From Podarcis muralis (lineage: Eukaryota): 64,000 nt of DNA. This document shows positions 1-16,267 of this stretch, in pieces. A program made the translations under genes and the position numbers. The stretch lies in the NCBI RefSeq assembly GCF_964188315.1, contig NC_135664.1, forward strand, positions 52,204,001-52,268,000, read 5' to 3'. The notes below the pieces were generated by a model, which saw nothing but the letters and a program-made list of their open reading frames with translations, searched no databases and was not told where the DNA came from. Numbering within the stretch: position 1 is the first letter of the stretch; each line of letters begins with the position of its first letter.

Positions 1-108
<108 letters not shown>

Positions 109-853
109 CTAAAAACAAGACACAAGGAGTTGCTCCAAAAGGCAGTAAGTTATCAGGTGTTATTGGGTGACACAGCTCTTCTGTCATCCCATTACTTGAG
201 GAGAGGTCTTCATGAATTCATTCAAATTCAGAGCACATCCTACCCGTTAGTCAAATATGATTTTTTCCCCCCACAGGCCAGATTGATAGCCCGCTTTTCT
301 CACCAGATTTTCCAGATGGGGAGTTTGGGAGAGCAAAGGTTGCCCATGACAGAATGTGGTGTTCTCATACAATAATTGGTAGCTGTCTGGAGATTTACAG
401 CCCCTTCTAGAGCAGTATTTAAACATTCTCCAAATATATATATATATATTACAAATCCCCTCAAGCATTTTTTTGGGGGGTGGGAGCAGAAGTATTTTTT
501 AAAAAATATTTGTTATTCAAGATTATTTATATCAATATCAGAGTCTGATTAACAATTCATCTAGCCAGTCACTTGGTGTCCATCTGCTCATTCAGACACA
601 AGTATTTCCCAGCCGTGTTAGTATTCCTTGTTAAAGGCTCTCAGGTAACAGTTCAGCCTGTAACTTTCTACATGAAAAGGACATGCTTTTTATGGATATC
701 AGTACAACAATGGCTTATAACACGCCTCCCCCATACCCTAGTGAAGGGGGGCAGTTCATATGGTGATTTGTTAAACTTAGTACAACCTTACAAAAAATTA
801 CCAGTTTCAACACAAGCACATCCTGCACATGTAACTAAATGGCTTATTGTTTA

Positions 854-1117
<264 letters not shown>

Positions 1118-1120
1118 TTA

Positions 1121-1228
<108 letters not shown>

Positions 1229-1828
1229 TCATTCATTCACAATTATATATCATGACATGTATAAAAACACTAACTTAAGCTTCGTATTTCTTACATTACT
1301 TCTGTTCAGGTCTTTATCACAAGCTTGCTTTTATTTTTACACTATGACCAAAGGTTTGCTTTCTAAAAAAGAACCCTGACCTCCACACTGCTTGATTCTC
1401 TCACTCACAAATCCCATGGAATGGCTTTCTAGTCTAACCAAGAGGAAAAAAGAATATGGAAAGGATGAGCATGATTTGGGGGGAGAGGGGAGTATTACAC
1501 AGCGTATGCAAACTATCAAGATTGCTCCGTTACAGAGAGGATAGCCTTGCATAATACTTTACATTGAATCTATATATAACCCCACACAGATTTGATCGAA
1601 ATAAAACTGTATTCTTATCCAAATCTGAGAAGACATACAGTTGTACCTTGGAAGTCGAACGGAATCTGTTTCGGAAGCCCGCTCGACTTCCAAAACATTC
1701 AAAAACCAAATTGCAGCTTCTGATTGGCATGAAAATAGGTTAGAGGTGCATGTGGTCTGTGGGATACAGGCCCCCCACTTTGCTTTACAGAAGCATAGAC
1801 AAGCAAGCTGAAATCTTTGGTTGCATAC

Positions 1829-1895
1829 CTAATTGCACTACTACAGCAATGAAGTCCACCAGATCTTATCATTCGGACGTAGCCCATGGCATTCC
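1829..1895 (-). CDS. WASHC4: WASHC4 exon 27 (67 nt)
   Basis: (G)[21 protein letters not shown]+2; AG/GT. Confidence 0.94.
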
Positions 1896-2737
1896 CTTTA
1901 AAAATAAAATATATAGGCAACAAGAAACGTAAGCACCTGAAATTAAGTAACCGAGCATTCAGAATTTAATGACACTAAGTCCATTTAGAAAGTTAAAACC
2001 TGTTGGAGACATCTGATAAAGCTGCATCTCCTCTCCACCCCCACACAATACTATTTCATCTGTAAATAAACAAGTCATATTGGGAGAATACACTGGCAAC
2101 CATAAGTAGTGCCCTTTACAGAATGTGTTATAGTGAAGACTAATGTGCATATTGGGACTGTATAGCCAATGTGTGTAGTTAATTTAGTCCATTGCAATTT
2201 GTTAGACTTCAAAGTACATACTTGGTTTTAGCCAGGTTGTGCTCACTGTCTTTTATAATTTAATAAAGTGAACAGAACGTTAGGTTTCAGGGTTGAAAGA
2301 ACTACACCAGGGATGTCCAACAGGTTGATCACAATCTACTGGTAGATCCCCGGGAGGTTTTGGTAGGTCGTGGTCAATCACTGGGTCCCTTTCATTAGCT
2401 CCCTCACTCCACCCTCCATTGTTGCACGATGTGCAGAACAGACGACAGAGCTTACTGAGTGAGGCTGTTTGCTCTTCTTCTTTCCCCCAAAACCCTCCCT
2501 AAAATTGGGGCTTTCCTCTTCCCTAAAAAAAGCTCAGCAACTTTGATTGCTGTCTCTTGGGCCAAAGGAAGCTTGTGTTTTTTGGTCACCTACCCTGCCC
2601 CAACTTTTGACCAGCTACTTTTCAAACTGAGGGAACTTCCCAAGTGATAGAATATTGGAACTGCTGTTCCAAGGGGGGGAAATGTAAACAAGCCCATTAG
2701 GTATGCCCAGTCCCACCTGATAGCTTTTTGGATTCTA

Positions 2738-2887
<150 letters not shown>

Positions 2888-3589
2888 CTAGAAAAATTAT
2901 TTTAAGATTGAAGAAATGCAGTAAGTAACTTGAAATACCTTTGTCAGCCCTATTGTATTTTTCCAAACACCCGAACACTTTTGTTCTTCTAAAATAGTAA
3001 CCCCTAGCATGCTATATAAACCAAAATAATGTACAGTTCGAAAGCAAATATCCATCTCTCTTGGAACCACATTTTAGTAAGATCTGTTACCTTGCAAAAC
3101 ATTTTAGAACATTCAAAATGTGAGTTTTGCAGCTAAAGAGAGATGCACAACTATATTTTAGAGATACATTGTTTCTGTGCATTTAGGCCACTAAATGGAA
3201 CCTGCAACAAAATGCTACAATTTATCCTCCCTCCTAACATGAGCAGGTTTGTGTGAATAGTTGGATCCTCCCTCCAAGCACAGATTCTATCCCCATGTTC
3301 CATTTTTCTTTTCCAATCATTGAGTAATTCTGTGGTTACTCAATGAATTCATTAGGCTATTTGAGGGTTTTCCAAGCCCCAAGATTCCTCCTTGTTTCCC
3401 AGTGGCCCAATTTTTGATACAATCCTGACAGAATTCACTGCCAAACTCACTATCAGAAGGAGTAGCATTGAAGGAAAATAGAAACCAGGCTTTTATAATT
3501 ATATTTACATGGGTATTGTTTATCTCAAGAGAGACTGAAATCAACTATCAATCTTGTAGTTCTTAGCAATGGTTTCACAAACAGCATAC

Positions 3590-3724
3590 CTTGTGGTCAT
3601 TTTGATCTTTAACTTCCCTAAAGAATCTGATATCTTTGATCAATCTGGATTTGATGTGCTCGTCATACATGAACTGGCTGAAGATATAAAATTTCTTTCT
3701 CAGAAACTGGTATGTGAAATTTAC
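3590..3724 (-). CDS. WASHC4: WASHC4 exon 25 (135 nt)
   Basis: [45 protein letters not shown]; AG/GT. Confidence 0.95.
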
Positions 3725-4402
3725 CTGAAGAAAAGTAGGAAAAAGTATAGTATGAAGAAGACTGATGCCCCCCGTTAGAAGACATTTCCCCAGTGATTTG
3801 TGACACTGGTCCCAAGACCAGTTATAGCTCACTTATAATGTCACAGTCCTACCCAAGTCAATATGTTTTGGTACTCTGAGAATTTGTTAATTGTGTGAAT
3901 AAGTGAACCGCAGAAGGCATTCTTAGCTGGACAAAGAATCCTAAATAGGACATGGGAGAGAAAAGTCTCATCAGGAATTGGGGCTTACACATCATAACTA
4001 TCCCCTTAAAATTGTGCAGAAGAAGACAACAAGGATAATGTAAATCTACTCCTATCCGCTCACTGCATACTACTGCATCTCAGCTTACTGTCTGGAAATT
4101 GCCACACTAGGGTGAGATGGAAAGGAGCTGGGTTGGCATACTTATATCTCCATTGCAAAATACTGTTAAGTGGCATCTTGCACACACAAATTTATGAACT
4201 ATCATAATTTGGAAAAATGAAAATGCTTGTTTCATAGTTTAATCTCATCTTTTTTCTCAGAGTATTTTAAAATTTGCCCCTCTTACATACACAGATGTCC
4301 TCTTTGTGCTCAAATTAACACAGCATGTGAAACCACTTTCCTCCAATTGCTTGTGCCGTTCACAATACAGTTTTAAATAAAAGGTCAGTAAATGCCAGCT
4401 CA

Positions 4403-4546
<144 letters not shown>

Positions 4547-4614
4547 TTAAAAAATTGCTATATAATTATAATAGCTACTAAATGGAAATCAGCAGCAATA
4601 AGATTTGCTTTTTA

Positions 4615-4740
<126 letters not shown>

Positions 4741-4858
4741 CTACATCACATCTGGAAATAATCCAAATAAGTGCTGTTATTTGAAACTTTTAAAAAGCAA
4801 AAACACCAGAAGCATTAAGTACCGTACTTCAGCAAGTCACAAAATCCTGTTTTTTTTA

Positions 4859-5182
<324 letters not shown>

Positions 5183-5348
5183 TTAGAAATGCTTCGCGTA
5201 AAAGTACCTGCTGGAGCTACACTGATCATATCAGCATATTGAGGACAGATTTCCTCAAAAAAGTACAGAGATAGAGAGACAGGAGGGATGAATTTTACTT
5301 CACAGAAAAAGTATTAAGCTTTGTAAGTGAACATTAAGTAAAGCCTAC

Positions 5349-5517
5349 CTTTGATATCTATGAACCGATTGAAAAAACGAATTGGGTTCAAGGTGAAGAA
5401 GTGGGCAAGGTCTTTCATTCCGACTCTGAAGGGATTTCTGTCATCTAGTTTCAAGTGTGTGTGCACAGAAAGGCGAAGGTCCTTTTCTATTTCTTTGCAT
5501 AGTTTGTCCAGGAGGTG
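5349..5517 (-). CDS. WASHC4: WASHC4 exon 21 (169 nt)
   Basis: [56 protein letters not shown]+1; AG/GT. Confidence 0.95.
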
Positions 5518-6279
5518 CTGCTCAAATAAAAGTCACAACAAACACTATTTTCATGGGGTGAAAAACTAATATTCACAAGACATTTATTCCCCAATAAAGT
5601 AGTTTTACAAAGAAATGGGAGATCCAAAAAGATGGTTTTCCTTCTCCAATGGGGGACTAAATTGGATTATTTTAAATTCAACATTAGGCTGAAAAAGTGA
5701 GTTCTTGCATATACTCTGTGCTTGTATAGATACACAGACAAAGTAGTGTCCCCTAACCCTCTGGAGCAGATTTTGAGGGTGCACAAGGGGTTGCAGATGA
5801 GAGAAGGAGGAAGTTCTGTTTAACAAACAGAATGACAGTACTGGATACAACCCACTCTCTCTAAATAGTGGCATTCTCCCCAAAAGTTTGGTGACTGTTG
5901 GTCACTTAAAATATAAACAGTAAATTATGTATGTTAATTTGTTTGTTTGTTTTAAAGCCCTGCCTTTGAAGCTAAATCTACACAAAATGCAAAGGGAAAG
6001 AGAAGAGACAACTGAATAGGAAATTAGAATATGCAGTGTTATATAAACACTACATTGTGATACAAGTACATAACCACAACTCAACAAACGTTAGCATAAA
6101 CCTAAAGCAGAGGAATAATTGAGGAAAAATGAGACTAGAGCAATAAAGAATGTGAGTTTCTATTAACTTTAAGAATTTTGAGAATTCCAACAGAAATCCT
6201 CAACAGTGGCAGATTTAAATATTCTCAGATTGCTCTGTACTGCTTTCATTCAAAGTAAATAAAATGCTTGCACTATCAC

Positions 6280-6396
6280 CTTGTTTAAAACATCCATGAT
6301 TTCTTTGTCATAGCTTTCCAAAAGTATTTCATGGGACTCCAAGTGCCTTGAATGCATCATAGCTGGTACACAATCGCGCAATGCACTAAACATGTA
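6280..6396 (-). CDS. WASHC4: WASHC4 exon 20 (117 nt)
   Basis: [39 protein letters not shown]; AG/GT. Confidence 0.95.
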
Positions 6397-7485
6397 CTGT
6401 AAAAAAAAGTTGCAAATTGATAAAGAACCCAAGCAACATCGTGCGCTAAAAGGGAATCTGAGCAATTAGAACTCAGGATCCTGAACATCAATTAATCTCT
6501 AAAACTACAGATAGAATGCTAAATCATGGTTTATCAGAACAAGACTCAGTGAGCCTGGACACTGAGCATTCATTGCCCACCCAACTCCAGCACAGCACTA
6601 AGAAATTGGAAGCTTCCACTTCAGTTCTAGATTAATCACAGTTTAGAATGCCAACAGAATCCTAAACTGAGGTTAAGCTTAACTAAGGTTAGTTGAAACA
6701 AGCAAGCTTAATAACAAACCATTCAAACTCTTGTAAACTGCTTAGAGGTTTCACCACAGGGGTGTATACATTTTGTTAAATAAACAAAATTAAAAATAAA
6801 GTTAAACTTTAGGTCAGTGGTTCTCACACTTTTTGCAGTAGTAGAACCCTTCACTTAAAAAAAAAACCTTTGGCAGAACCCTCACAGTAAATTCTTTTTT
6901 AAACTTTTTTTTTAAAGGGGAGCTGATTATTGGGAGAGCAAGTGAGAGACAGTCAGAATTGAACTTTTTAAAAGGAACTATGAGATTTTGAAAAACTTTG
7001 CTGTCCATCTCCTGATCTCCTCTGATGGGAGAAGGCTTTGCTTTGCTTGTCATCCTTAAGGCTTTGTCTCTTATCTCTCAGTCAACATTAGAAGAGAAGC
7101 ATATATGAAGCCAGGTAAACAACGGTGCTCTGCCTGCACCACCCTGCTACTGATTGAAACCGTGGAAAGTGCAGCAAGAGAAGGAATGAAGGGGAAGGGA
7201 TCCTCAAGACAACTGCTTGAAAGGTGCATTTAATCCCCATGGCTGCTGCTCAGTAGAAATAATACATTGGGTGCACTTGACTGCCATTACAACTTTTGTT
7301 GTCACAGAACTCGCTGGACTGCTTCACAGAATCTCATGATCACAATTAACCAGAGGTTTGTGTGCTCACCCTTCTCCTCTTTGCAGGCTTCCACAACTCC
7401 ACATTATGCAAGACCTTTGGGAACTGTGCTTTCTTCTAACCAAAGTTAATTAGCAAGCCATAATCTCAAACCATGGTTTTGTTTA

Positions 7486-7665
<180 letters not shown>

Positions 7666-7889
7666 TCAAGCTGATGTTCACAAGTAACAGGGGTGGAAAA
7701 AATGGTTTTTAAGAAACAAGAATGGAATATCGTTCTTCAGGATGCTGAACTCTGCTTAAAACCAAGTTTCATACAAAGTATACAAAATCCTGTCTATCAC
7801 ATATGATGATGAACAGCACTCTACAGGAGTCAAGAAGGTGGTGTATTGCGCTAAAAGTCTACAGAATTTTGTTCTGTGGCATTACCTAC

Positions 7890-7969
7890 CGTTCTTTAAG
7901 TTCACTGATTAAGGCCAGCTTCTTCATAACTACTTGGAGAGGAAGGAGCTCTTCGTCTTTAAATGTTTT
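7890..7969 (-). CDS. WASHC4: WASHC4 exon 18 (80 nt)
   Basis: [26 protein letters not shown]+2; AG/GT. Confidence 0.94.
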
Positions 7970-8058
7970 CTGAAAGGGAGAAAGGAAAGGAGGAGATAGA
8001 CATGCAAGAGCATCAATCCAATAATAATAACAAAAGTTAATTTTATGGCTGTGCCTTA

Positions 8059-8295
<237 letters not shown>

Positions 8296-8431
8296 TTAAA
8301 AAAGCATAGAAGAGAGCATTTGGGGTTTAGTATTTATGGAAAATTCAACAGCAAATTCTGTATTGCATTTATGAGCCTACCACATTATTTGCATTTTTGG
8401 TCTCAAGGTCGAGCTAAGCCACATTTAATAT

Positions 8432-8640
8432 AAAAAAATTCCTTCCAGTAGCACCTTAAAGACCAACTAAGTTAGTTCTTGGTATGAGCTTTCGTGTGCA
8501 TGCACTTTTCGTGTGTATCTGAAGAAGTGTGCATGCACACGAAAGCTCATACCAAGAACTAACTTAGTTGGTCTTTAAGGTGCTACTGGAAGGAATTTTT
8601 TTGTTTTGACTGGCAGACCAACACGGCTACCTATCTGTAA
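8432..8640 (+). mobile_element. Short fold-back PLE-derived insertion
   Basis: Perfect 74-bp inverted arms (8432-8505, 8529-8602); right part nearly identical to 33596-33724; 13-bp TSD CCACATTTAATAT (8419-8431, 8641-8653). Confidence 0.88.
8515..8552 (+). ncRNA. Minimal hammerhead ribozyme motif (copy 2)
   Basis: Identical 38-nt motif to 33596-33633. Confidence 0.65.
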
Positions 8641-9629
8641 CCACATTTAATATATGTACCATAATCTTACACAAATCTTGGCAAGAAAAGCTATCCCCAA
8701 AGTAGCTCCTCCCCCTTTAGCCCAAATTAAGTACTGTATAGTCGGCACATTAATGCAACCCTGAAGTTACTCAGGATTAGCTTAGACTCTAGGGAATATC
8801 CTTTTTGCTTTCAAAATGCTAGTCTATCTGAGACTCTTCAGCACAAGCCCTTTTGAAACATGCAGGACTTCCGCTGGAGCACAGATTCATTTTAACCTCA
8901 ATGGAGTTTAAGCTGGAAACATCCCTAGTGCTACATATTATTATCATCTGTGTGATCATTCTCTCCTTTGGTGATCATTCACCCATGTTCTGCTTCACAT
9001 ATTAACATCAACTTTGCAGTTGAGGCAACTCACCAAAGTGTTCAGTATGTGAGTAAGTATGAAATTCCATACATATTTTCTGAGCAATGTAAAACATACA
9101 TTGACTGCATTCAGATGCAATAATCTATGGCTTAATATTATATAAATAATCCCCAGTCTGCCCCATCACCAAGGCTCTTCTGGCACTAATTATAAGAAGG
9201 GCAATCAAAAACATTTGCTTTCACTTTCAATTAACCGCAATGTAGTGTTGTGTTTGACTCCTAAACAGCGGTTAATGATTACTATATTAGTCAACTGGCT
9301 TGTTTCAGTAAAGCATCATTAAGACTAACCAGGTTGTCCAGGTTCAGATATATAACATTGACAAACAGAATTCCATTGAAAAACAGAAAGCTTCAAATCT
9401 CCTCCTCACAGTTGCACACTAGGAACCCGGAGCTTGTTCACATAATGACATATGACTGCTATCATCATTGTTTACCTTTTGATATCATCACTGCTTACCT
9501 CCCAACTATTTGACCTCTTTAGCTGGTTTCTATCACTAAAAATGCATAAACGAAGCACCCCAACTGTTATAAAGCTACTCATTTTAACTATACCGAACAG
9601 TAAATGACTTACTGAAACTTTTTGCATAC

Positions 9630-9737
9630 CTTGGCTATAGCAATAGCATTAAGAGCCTGATGCTGTAGATGCTGAATTATGTGCGTTACTGAATCAGCGA
9701 CAATCATACTTCTTCTGTAAAATGTATGTTGTATTGC
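9630..9737 (-). CDS. WASHC4: WASHC4 exon 16 (108 nt)
   Basis: [36 protein letters not shown]; AG/GT. Confidence 0.94.
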
Positions 9738-10585
9738 CTGCAGTTGACCAAACACGAGTTAACATCACAATTCTGTTATTTGAATCACATTATCCTATTC
9801 TTCCATACAAAGAACTACTTTATCCAAAACTTCAACAGCTCAATTCGATATGAAATACAATTTGAATTTTTAACAAGGTAGCTATACTTGGATGTTCCAT
9901 CAAAATCAACTTTCAGCTATATGTTAATATTCCGGTCAAAAGCAGTATACTATATTTGCTGCTATGTCAGCAAGTACAAATCATGCTGGCATCACTGATA
10001 GCTATAATGAAGGTTTAGACCACAGTCAAATGGACATTTTAAAAGAGACCATTAGTGGCAACAGACCGCTGGTGCAACTAAAATTAGGCATAATTGCTGC
10101 TGATTGTATCTATCAATTTCTAAAACATGCTTCCTCTAAAAGAACATGGGACCATTTACAGCAGATAGCAAAACAAACAACCATTGTGACTGGATAGGCA
10201 AAGGCAGAAAGATAACTGCATTATGTAGGAAGAGTAACAACAGGAGTAAGAGAAACATATTCAGTCCTAATACCTAAACTATCTCTGAAGTGTCTTCAAA
10301 AGGTGCCAAAATGACAATACTGAGGGGGGTGGTCATATCTCCAGGAGTTCCACAAATGGAGTATCAATTGTACTAGCACAGAACTTCAGCTTAGGCACCC
10401 TATTTTGAGAACCTGACCAATAGTGGTTTCAGAATTACAGTAAATATATTTTACCCAGAAAAGATGCAAATAAAGACAACTTAGAGACACAAAACGTATG
10501 GCTCTGGAGATATGTAAACCATTTAGATAAGTATACTTTGCCTGAATTTTTGTTTACAAATTTTGTATACCATCTTTCCAGCTCA

Positions 10586-10798
<213 letters not shown>

Positions 10799-11717
10799 CT
10801 AGAGATAAATTGGGAGGGGAACGTGAATCATCATTACATCTCTATTGCATGATAAATATTTTTGTGTGTCCAAAATTGGTTCTATCACACACAAATACAG
10901 CAGTTCAATATACAATTGAATTAAACATTATGGAATTAGAAGTAAACAAGCAGCAACCTACTGAAACATGAACTAGTAATCGATTTCCCGATTTCTACAA
11001 TGCAAGTGATTTTATTCCTTCCTTGGTAGTCCCTTTTCTAGAATACCACAAGGCTGGCTCCACCAACCTTCACTCCCCATTGTTACACAGCAAGCAGGGA
11101 AGCCTGACAAAGCTTCTCACACAAGTTAATGTGGAAAGCTCTGAGCTTTTGCTAGTGAATCTCAACTTGGGGGGAAAGTGGGGTATAAATACGTTAAATA
11201 ATAATTACTGATACAGGGAAACAAAACAGAACCCCTATTTCCCTGTTTGAGAAGATGGCTTGGTTGAGACATCGCAATGAAGAATTGTTTGGGATTAAAT
11301 GCATGAGTCTGGAATGAGCCTAGGGCTTCTCTCCTTTAACTTGTAGGAAACCATGGTTGTCTGTTACATCCAAACAAGGGAAACTCTGGTTTGTGCTTAT
11401 TCTACAACCAAGGAAAGTATATCATAGTTTACCAGTTCAGATATAACAGCAAACTATGGTTTGTCACATGAGTGAGTGTGTGCAGTGATCAGTGTGGGGT
11501 GACAAAGAGTACTTTTTCCATACAACATCAAGCCAACGATAGGAATCATATCTGAACCAAGCCTATTAATCTGTGAAACAAAAGTTTGAAAATTGCAGAG
11601 TGAGCTAGCAAAATTTAATTTGATAATGCCAGGCATAAATAAATATATTCACTTAGGCTGTATAAAGAAATTACTATATGTATTAACCTTACATTCATTA
11701 GTAAGCAATTGTAGTAA

Positions 11718-12078
11718 AGGTAAAGGTAAAGGTACCCCTGCCCGTACGGGCCAGTCTTGCCAGACTCTAGGGTTGTGCGCTCATCTCACTCTATAGGCCG
11801 GGAGCCAGCGCTGTCCGGAGACACTTCCGGGTCACGTGGCCAGCGTGACAAGCTGCATCTGGCGAGCCAGCGCAGCACGCGGAACGCCGTTTACCTTCCC
11901 GCTGGTAAGCGGTCCCTATTTATCTACTTGCACCCGAAGGTGCTTTCGAACTGCTAGGTTGGCAGGTGCTGGGACCGAACGACAGGAGCACACCCCGCCG
12001 CGGGGATTCGAACCGCCGACCTTTCGATTGGCAAGTCCTAGACGCTGAGGCTTTAACCCACAGCGCCACCTGCGTCCT
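11718..12078 (-). mobile_element. Sauria SINE, type A
   Basis: tRNA-like head with A/B boxes (GGTTCGAATCC), (ACCTTT)n tail; 14-bp TSD AGCAATTGTAGTAA. Confidence 0.88.
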
Positions 12079-12222
12079 AGCAATTGTAGTAATAGACCTA
12101 TATTCAGCAGTTTCTTCTTCAGTAAATGGTACTCAAGAAATAAAAAGTTAACTCTATATATATATAGAGAGAGAGAGAGAGCAGCATTTTCCAGCCATGT
12201 TGCTTTGGAACCTAGCACATAC

Positions 12223-12349
12223 CTGTATAAAAACGTTGCACCTATTAGTGAGATCTTCTGCAAACTTATCCATTTGTTGTTCCTTTGACAAAATAGATTC
12301 CATTTTCATCATCCATGAGCTCACAAAAACGTAATATGACTGCATCTCT
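12223..12349 (-). CDS. WASHC4: WASHC4 exon 14 (127 nt)
   Basis: (K)[42 protein letters not shown]; CAG/GT. Confidence 0.93.
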
Positions 12350-13125
12350 CTGGAGAGAAAACAAGGAATGGTTATGTAATGGTTCAGTCAGATACATCTT
12401 TAACCAATGTTAAAGAAGCTGAGCTGTGGTTTGAAACATCTGAATTGACATGCCATAGTTTGTTACAGGTTTATGCTATGATTTGGCACAATGTCCAACC
12501 AACATAATTTCAGCCATCACTCTTCTTTAAGGGATTGTTGGGCCATGGAGACAAGTTACGAAGCTGAGTGCTTGTATGAAAAGTAGGAGCCAAACAATGA
12601 TTTGGGTTTTGAATTATGGTTAATGCAAATCACAATTTGACATGCCAAATTTCTGCCAGTGTAAATTATTCTGAAAATTAACTGCTTGGTGAGCTTGCCT
12701 AATCCAAGGTGAATATATCAGGCTTTAAATAAAACACAAAACTGAGCCAGTGTAACAATTTATTATTATTTGTATTATTTAGATTTCTTACCTACCCTTC
12801 ACAGGGCAGCTTAAAACCATTTAAATATGTAATATTAAAATAGGTTAGAATACTCAAGAGAATAAAGTGCCTCCTAAACACACACATATGCACATGTCTT
12901 CAGAATTTGAATTTAATACCCTATTCCTGAATACTTTTATCTGGACACAACGGCCATGGAACATAAAATCCCCACCAAAAGAGGGGTGCTTGGCTGTTTT
13001 CATAACTGGAAAAGAACAGGAATGTCAATTAGCTCCTATTTTTTCAGTTTACAAATATTTTTGATTTACAGAGTAAGAACCATACAGGTAGGGGGGGAAA
13101 GAGCTCCCTACTCTTCAAACCTTAC

Positions 13126-13286
13126 TTGGTAAGTGACTGAGCCTTCTGCTGTAGAAAAGTTTCTCTGTGTATTTTAATGGAATGAAAATTCTTCCTGTCC
13201 AGAAGCTTGGCAGCAGCTGGCACCTTCTGAATGAGAAAGTTGTCAGCAAACCAAATGATATTAGCTGTAAGTGTAATAGCTGGCAC
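13126..13286 (-). CDS. WASHC4: WASHC4 exon 13 (161 nt)
   Basis: [32 protein letters not shown]...QKAQSLT+2; AG/GT. Confidence 0.95.
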
Positions 13287-14610
13287 CTGGAGCAGCAACA
13301 GTAACATTTGGATGGAGGATGGAGGGGGTGGGGAGAGAAAGATATCATATTAGACTTGATATTGAAAACCGCTACACCACATTCACATATGTAGGATTGT
13401 CCTATAGGTATTTCAAGATATACATACATAGCAGGCCAGTTCTAAGCCCAGTTTAAATAATCTCACTTCATTTCGCATGAATGTTTGCGTAGGATTTTAG
13501 GCTCTGCTGCCGAGTCTACACTCTGCAGCACCAACAGGGAACAGAATTATCAGAACATGTTTTGGAGATTAAGGAGGAGGAGGTGTAGCGGGACTGAACT
13601 AAGCTACACACAGTCCATAGCATCTTAGGATTCATTCCTTGAGTACCAGAGCAACTAGAACAGGTATGACAACTCTGCACCAATTCAGTGCATGCTACTT
13701 CAACAGTGAACGGGCATAAAAAGAGATTAGTGCAATCACTGCTAAATCCCTGGATAGAACAGTGTTGCTTTTTTTAAAAAGATGGCTTACAGCATCTATG
13801 CCCATGTCAGAGCAAGGATGAAAAGAAACAGGTGTACCTCTCAATGTTTCATTTAAGCTGAAATTCTGGGCAAATTTATTTTGAAGCACTTAAGGAAGCA
13901 CCACTTATTTCTGAGTAAACATGGTTAAGATTGGACTGTTTATGGTGGTTATTAGCCCATGCATTACTCACATGTAGGACATTGCAGTAACTAATGAGAG
14001 CAAGGCCATACTTCCAGTTCCTCATCTTCTTCCTCAAACCACCATGCAGCTGACCAAAGATAAACCCCCAACATGTGCAACCAGGGGTCCTAATTGTGAC
14101 TAGGCCCTAAATGTGAGCAGGCGTTCACATGCTAGGGGTTTTCTTCACACAATTGCACAAAATGTGTGGCTGTTTGAGGAAGGAGACTCAGCATTAAGAG
14201 GTGGAACTAAAAGCAGCCCTGCTCCAAGTAATCACAGCAATATCCTACATGTGAATAACACATGAATAGGACCATTATCAAAGGCAATAGCTGCCCAAAT
14301 CACACACTTGCAATTAATGGCAAAAATAGCAGCTTTTGATCACAAAATAATTAATGCAACATTCATTGACAAGGCAACTTGAGTACTATAAAGAGAACAT
14401 GTTGTCGGTTCCTTTGCTATACACAAAACATAATTGTTATTCAGAAAGGACAACAAATTGAAACTATGAAAACAGAAAAAAAACCCTAGCTAAATTATTT
14501 TAAAGCTGGAGTTACTAGTGAGAGCTTGTAACTAGATACTGTTACTATATTTTTATAAGAGGTTTTTATTTTTATGTTGTTTGTGAAATTTAATTATTAG
14601 AGGAAAATTA

Positions 14611-15019
<409 letters not shown>

Positions 15020-15486
15020 TTACAATATTAGTGCCATGAAGAATACGAGCACAACATATTCATAGATGGTTGCAAATCAATCAGAATTCCATGATGGAGA
15101 CAATTCAGCTGGCAAGTTGTGCTTTATTTGGGGAGTGTTCAGTTCAAATGAAACCATACTGAAAATCTAATCAAAAGGCGATTAAGATTGATTCATTGAC
15201 TGTTAATTGTCAGCTGAGCCCAGTACAAGTACCAATACAAGTAACCATTAATTTCAATACAAGTACCAGTTAATTTCAAAGTACAATAAAATAAAACCCA
15301 AACACTTTTCTAACATAGTAAATACTATTATAAGAAAAATATTAAAAGCTTATTTCTGCAATAAGAAACGTTACTGTTAATTATATATAAGGTAACAACA
15401 AAGGAGCCACCTAAAACTTTTGATACTTTTACTACGGATCACAAAAAAGACTCAGCTGCAACTTGACTGATTCTAGAAATATAGTA

Positions 15487-15717
15487 CAGTGGTACCTCGG
15501 GTTACACACCCTTCAGGTTACGCGTTTTCGGGTTGAGCACCGTGTCAAACCCGGAAGTACCGGAACAGGATACTTCCAGGTTTCGGTGCTTTGCGCATGC
15601 GCAGAAGCGCCAAATTGCAACCCATGTGTGCGTAGAAGCAGCGCTGTGGGTTGCGAATGCTGCAGATGGCAAATGTGCCTCTCGCATGGATCACGTTCAC
15701 AACCCGAGGTTCCACTG
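15487..15717. mobile_element. Tc1/mariner (Tigger-like) MITE
   Basis: TIR CAGTGG(T/A)ACCTCGGGTT; TA TSD. Confidence 0.85.
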
Positions 15718-16267
15718 TACAGGGCATTTGCTCATGCAATGGACATCTCCTGCTCTCAACCTTCATAGCTCCCTACAAGCCCCTCATATATGGTCTGGAG
15801 GGTCCTCCAACCCACTAGAGGAGATTTGTGAGGGCTGCAGAAGAAAGGAGAAGAGAGGACAGGAGAAAGTCCATAAATGGATGTCTCCCAATTAATTCTG
15901 TGTGCCTTGACTTTTTACTTTTTCCTTTTTCCAAACTGTAGCTCTCTACCCCCACTTAGCAAGCTGCTTCTAAACTGAGGGAACTTTCACAAGCGATTTG
16001 CAATATGGAATGCTTTTTAAAAAAAACTGATCAAAAATTGCACTTGGTATATGCAAGCTCTTGGGTGCACCTAAAGTAGCTCTTTGGCTCCCAGTCAGAA
16101 TATATTAGATGAATAACTGAGAAGAGTATACCAACAGCATACCATTTAAAATTTAAACACACCAATTAAACGATAACATTTTCAGAAAAGGAACATTTTA
16201 CTCCATAGATCTTACAAACCACATCTCAACTCTATTCAGAAATAAGCTCTATTATTTATTATGTTAC

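Noticed and set aside
8432-8602. CRISPR-like or miRNA-gene interpretation of the repeated hairpins
   Set aside because: Vertebrate DNA with no repeat-spacer array; the hairpins are explained by PLE and MITE structure with TSDs.
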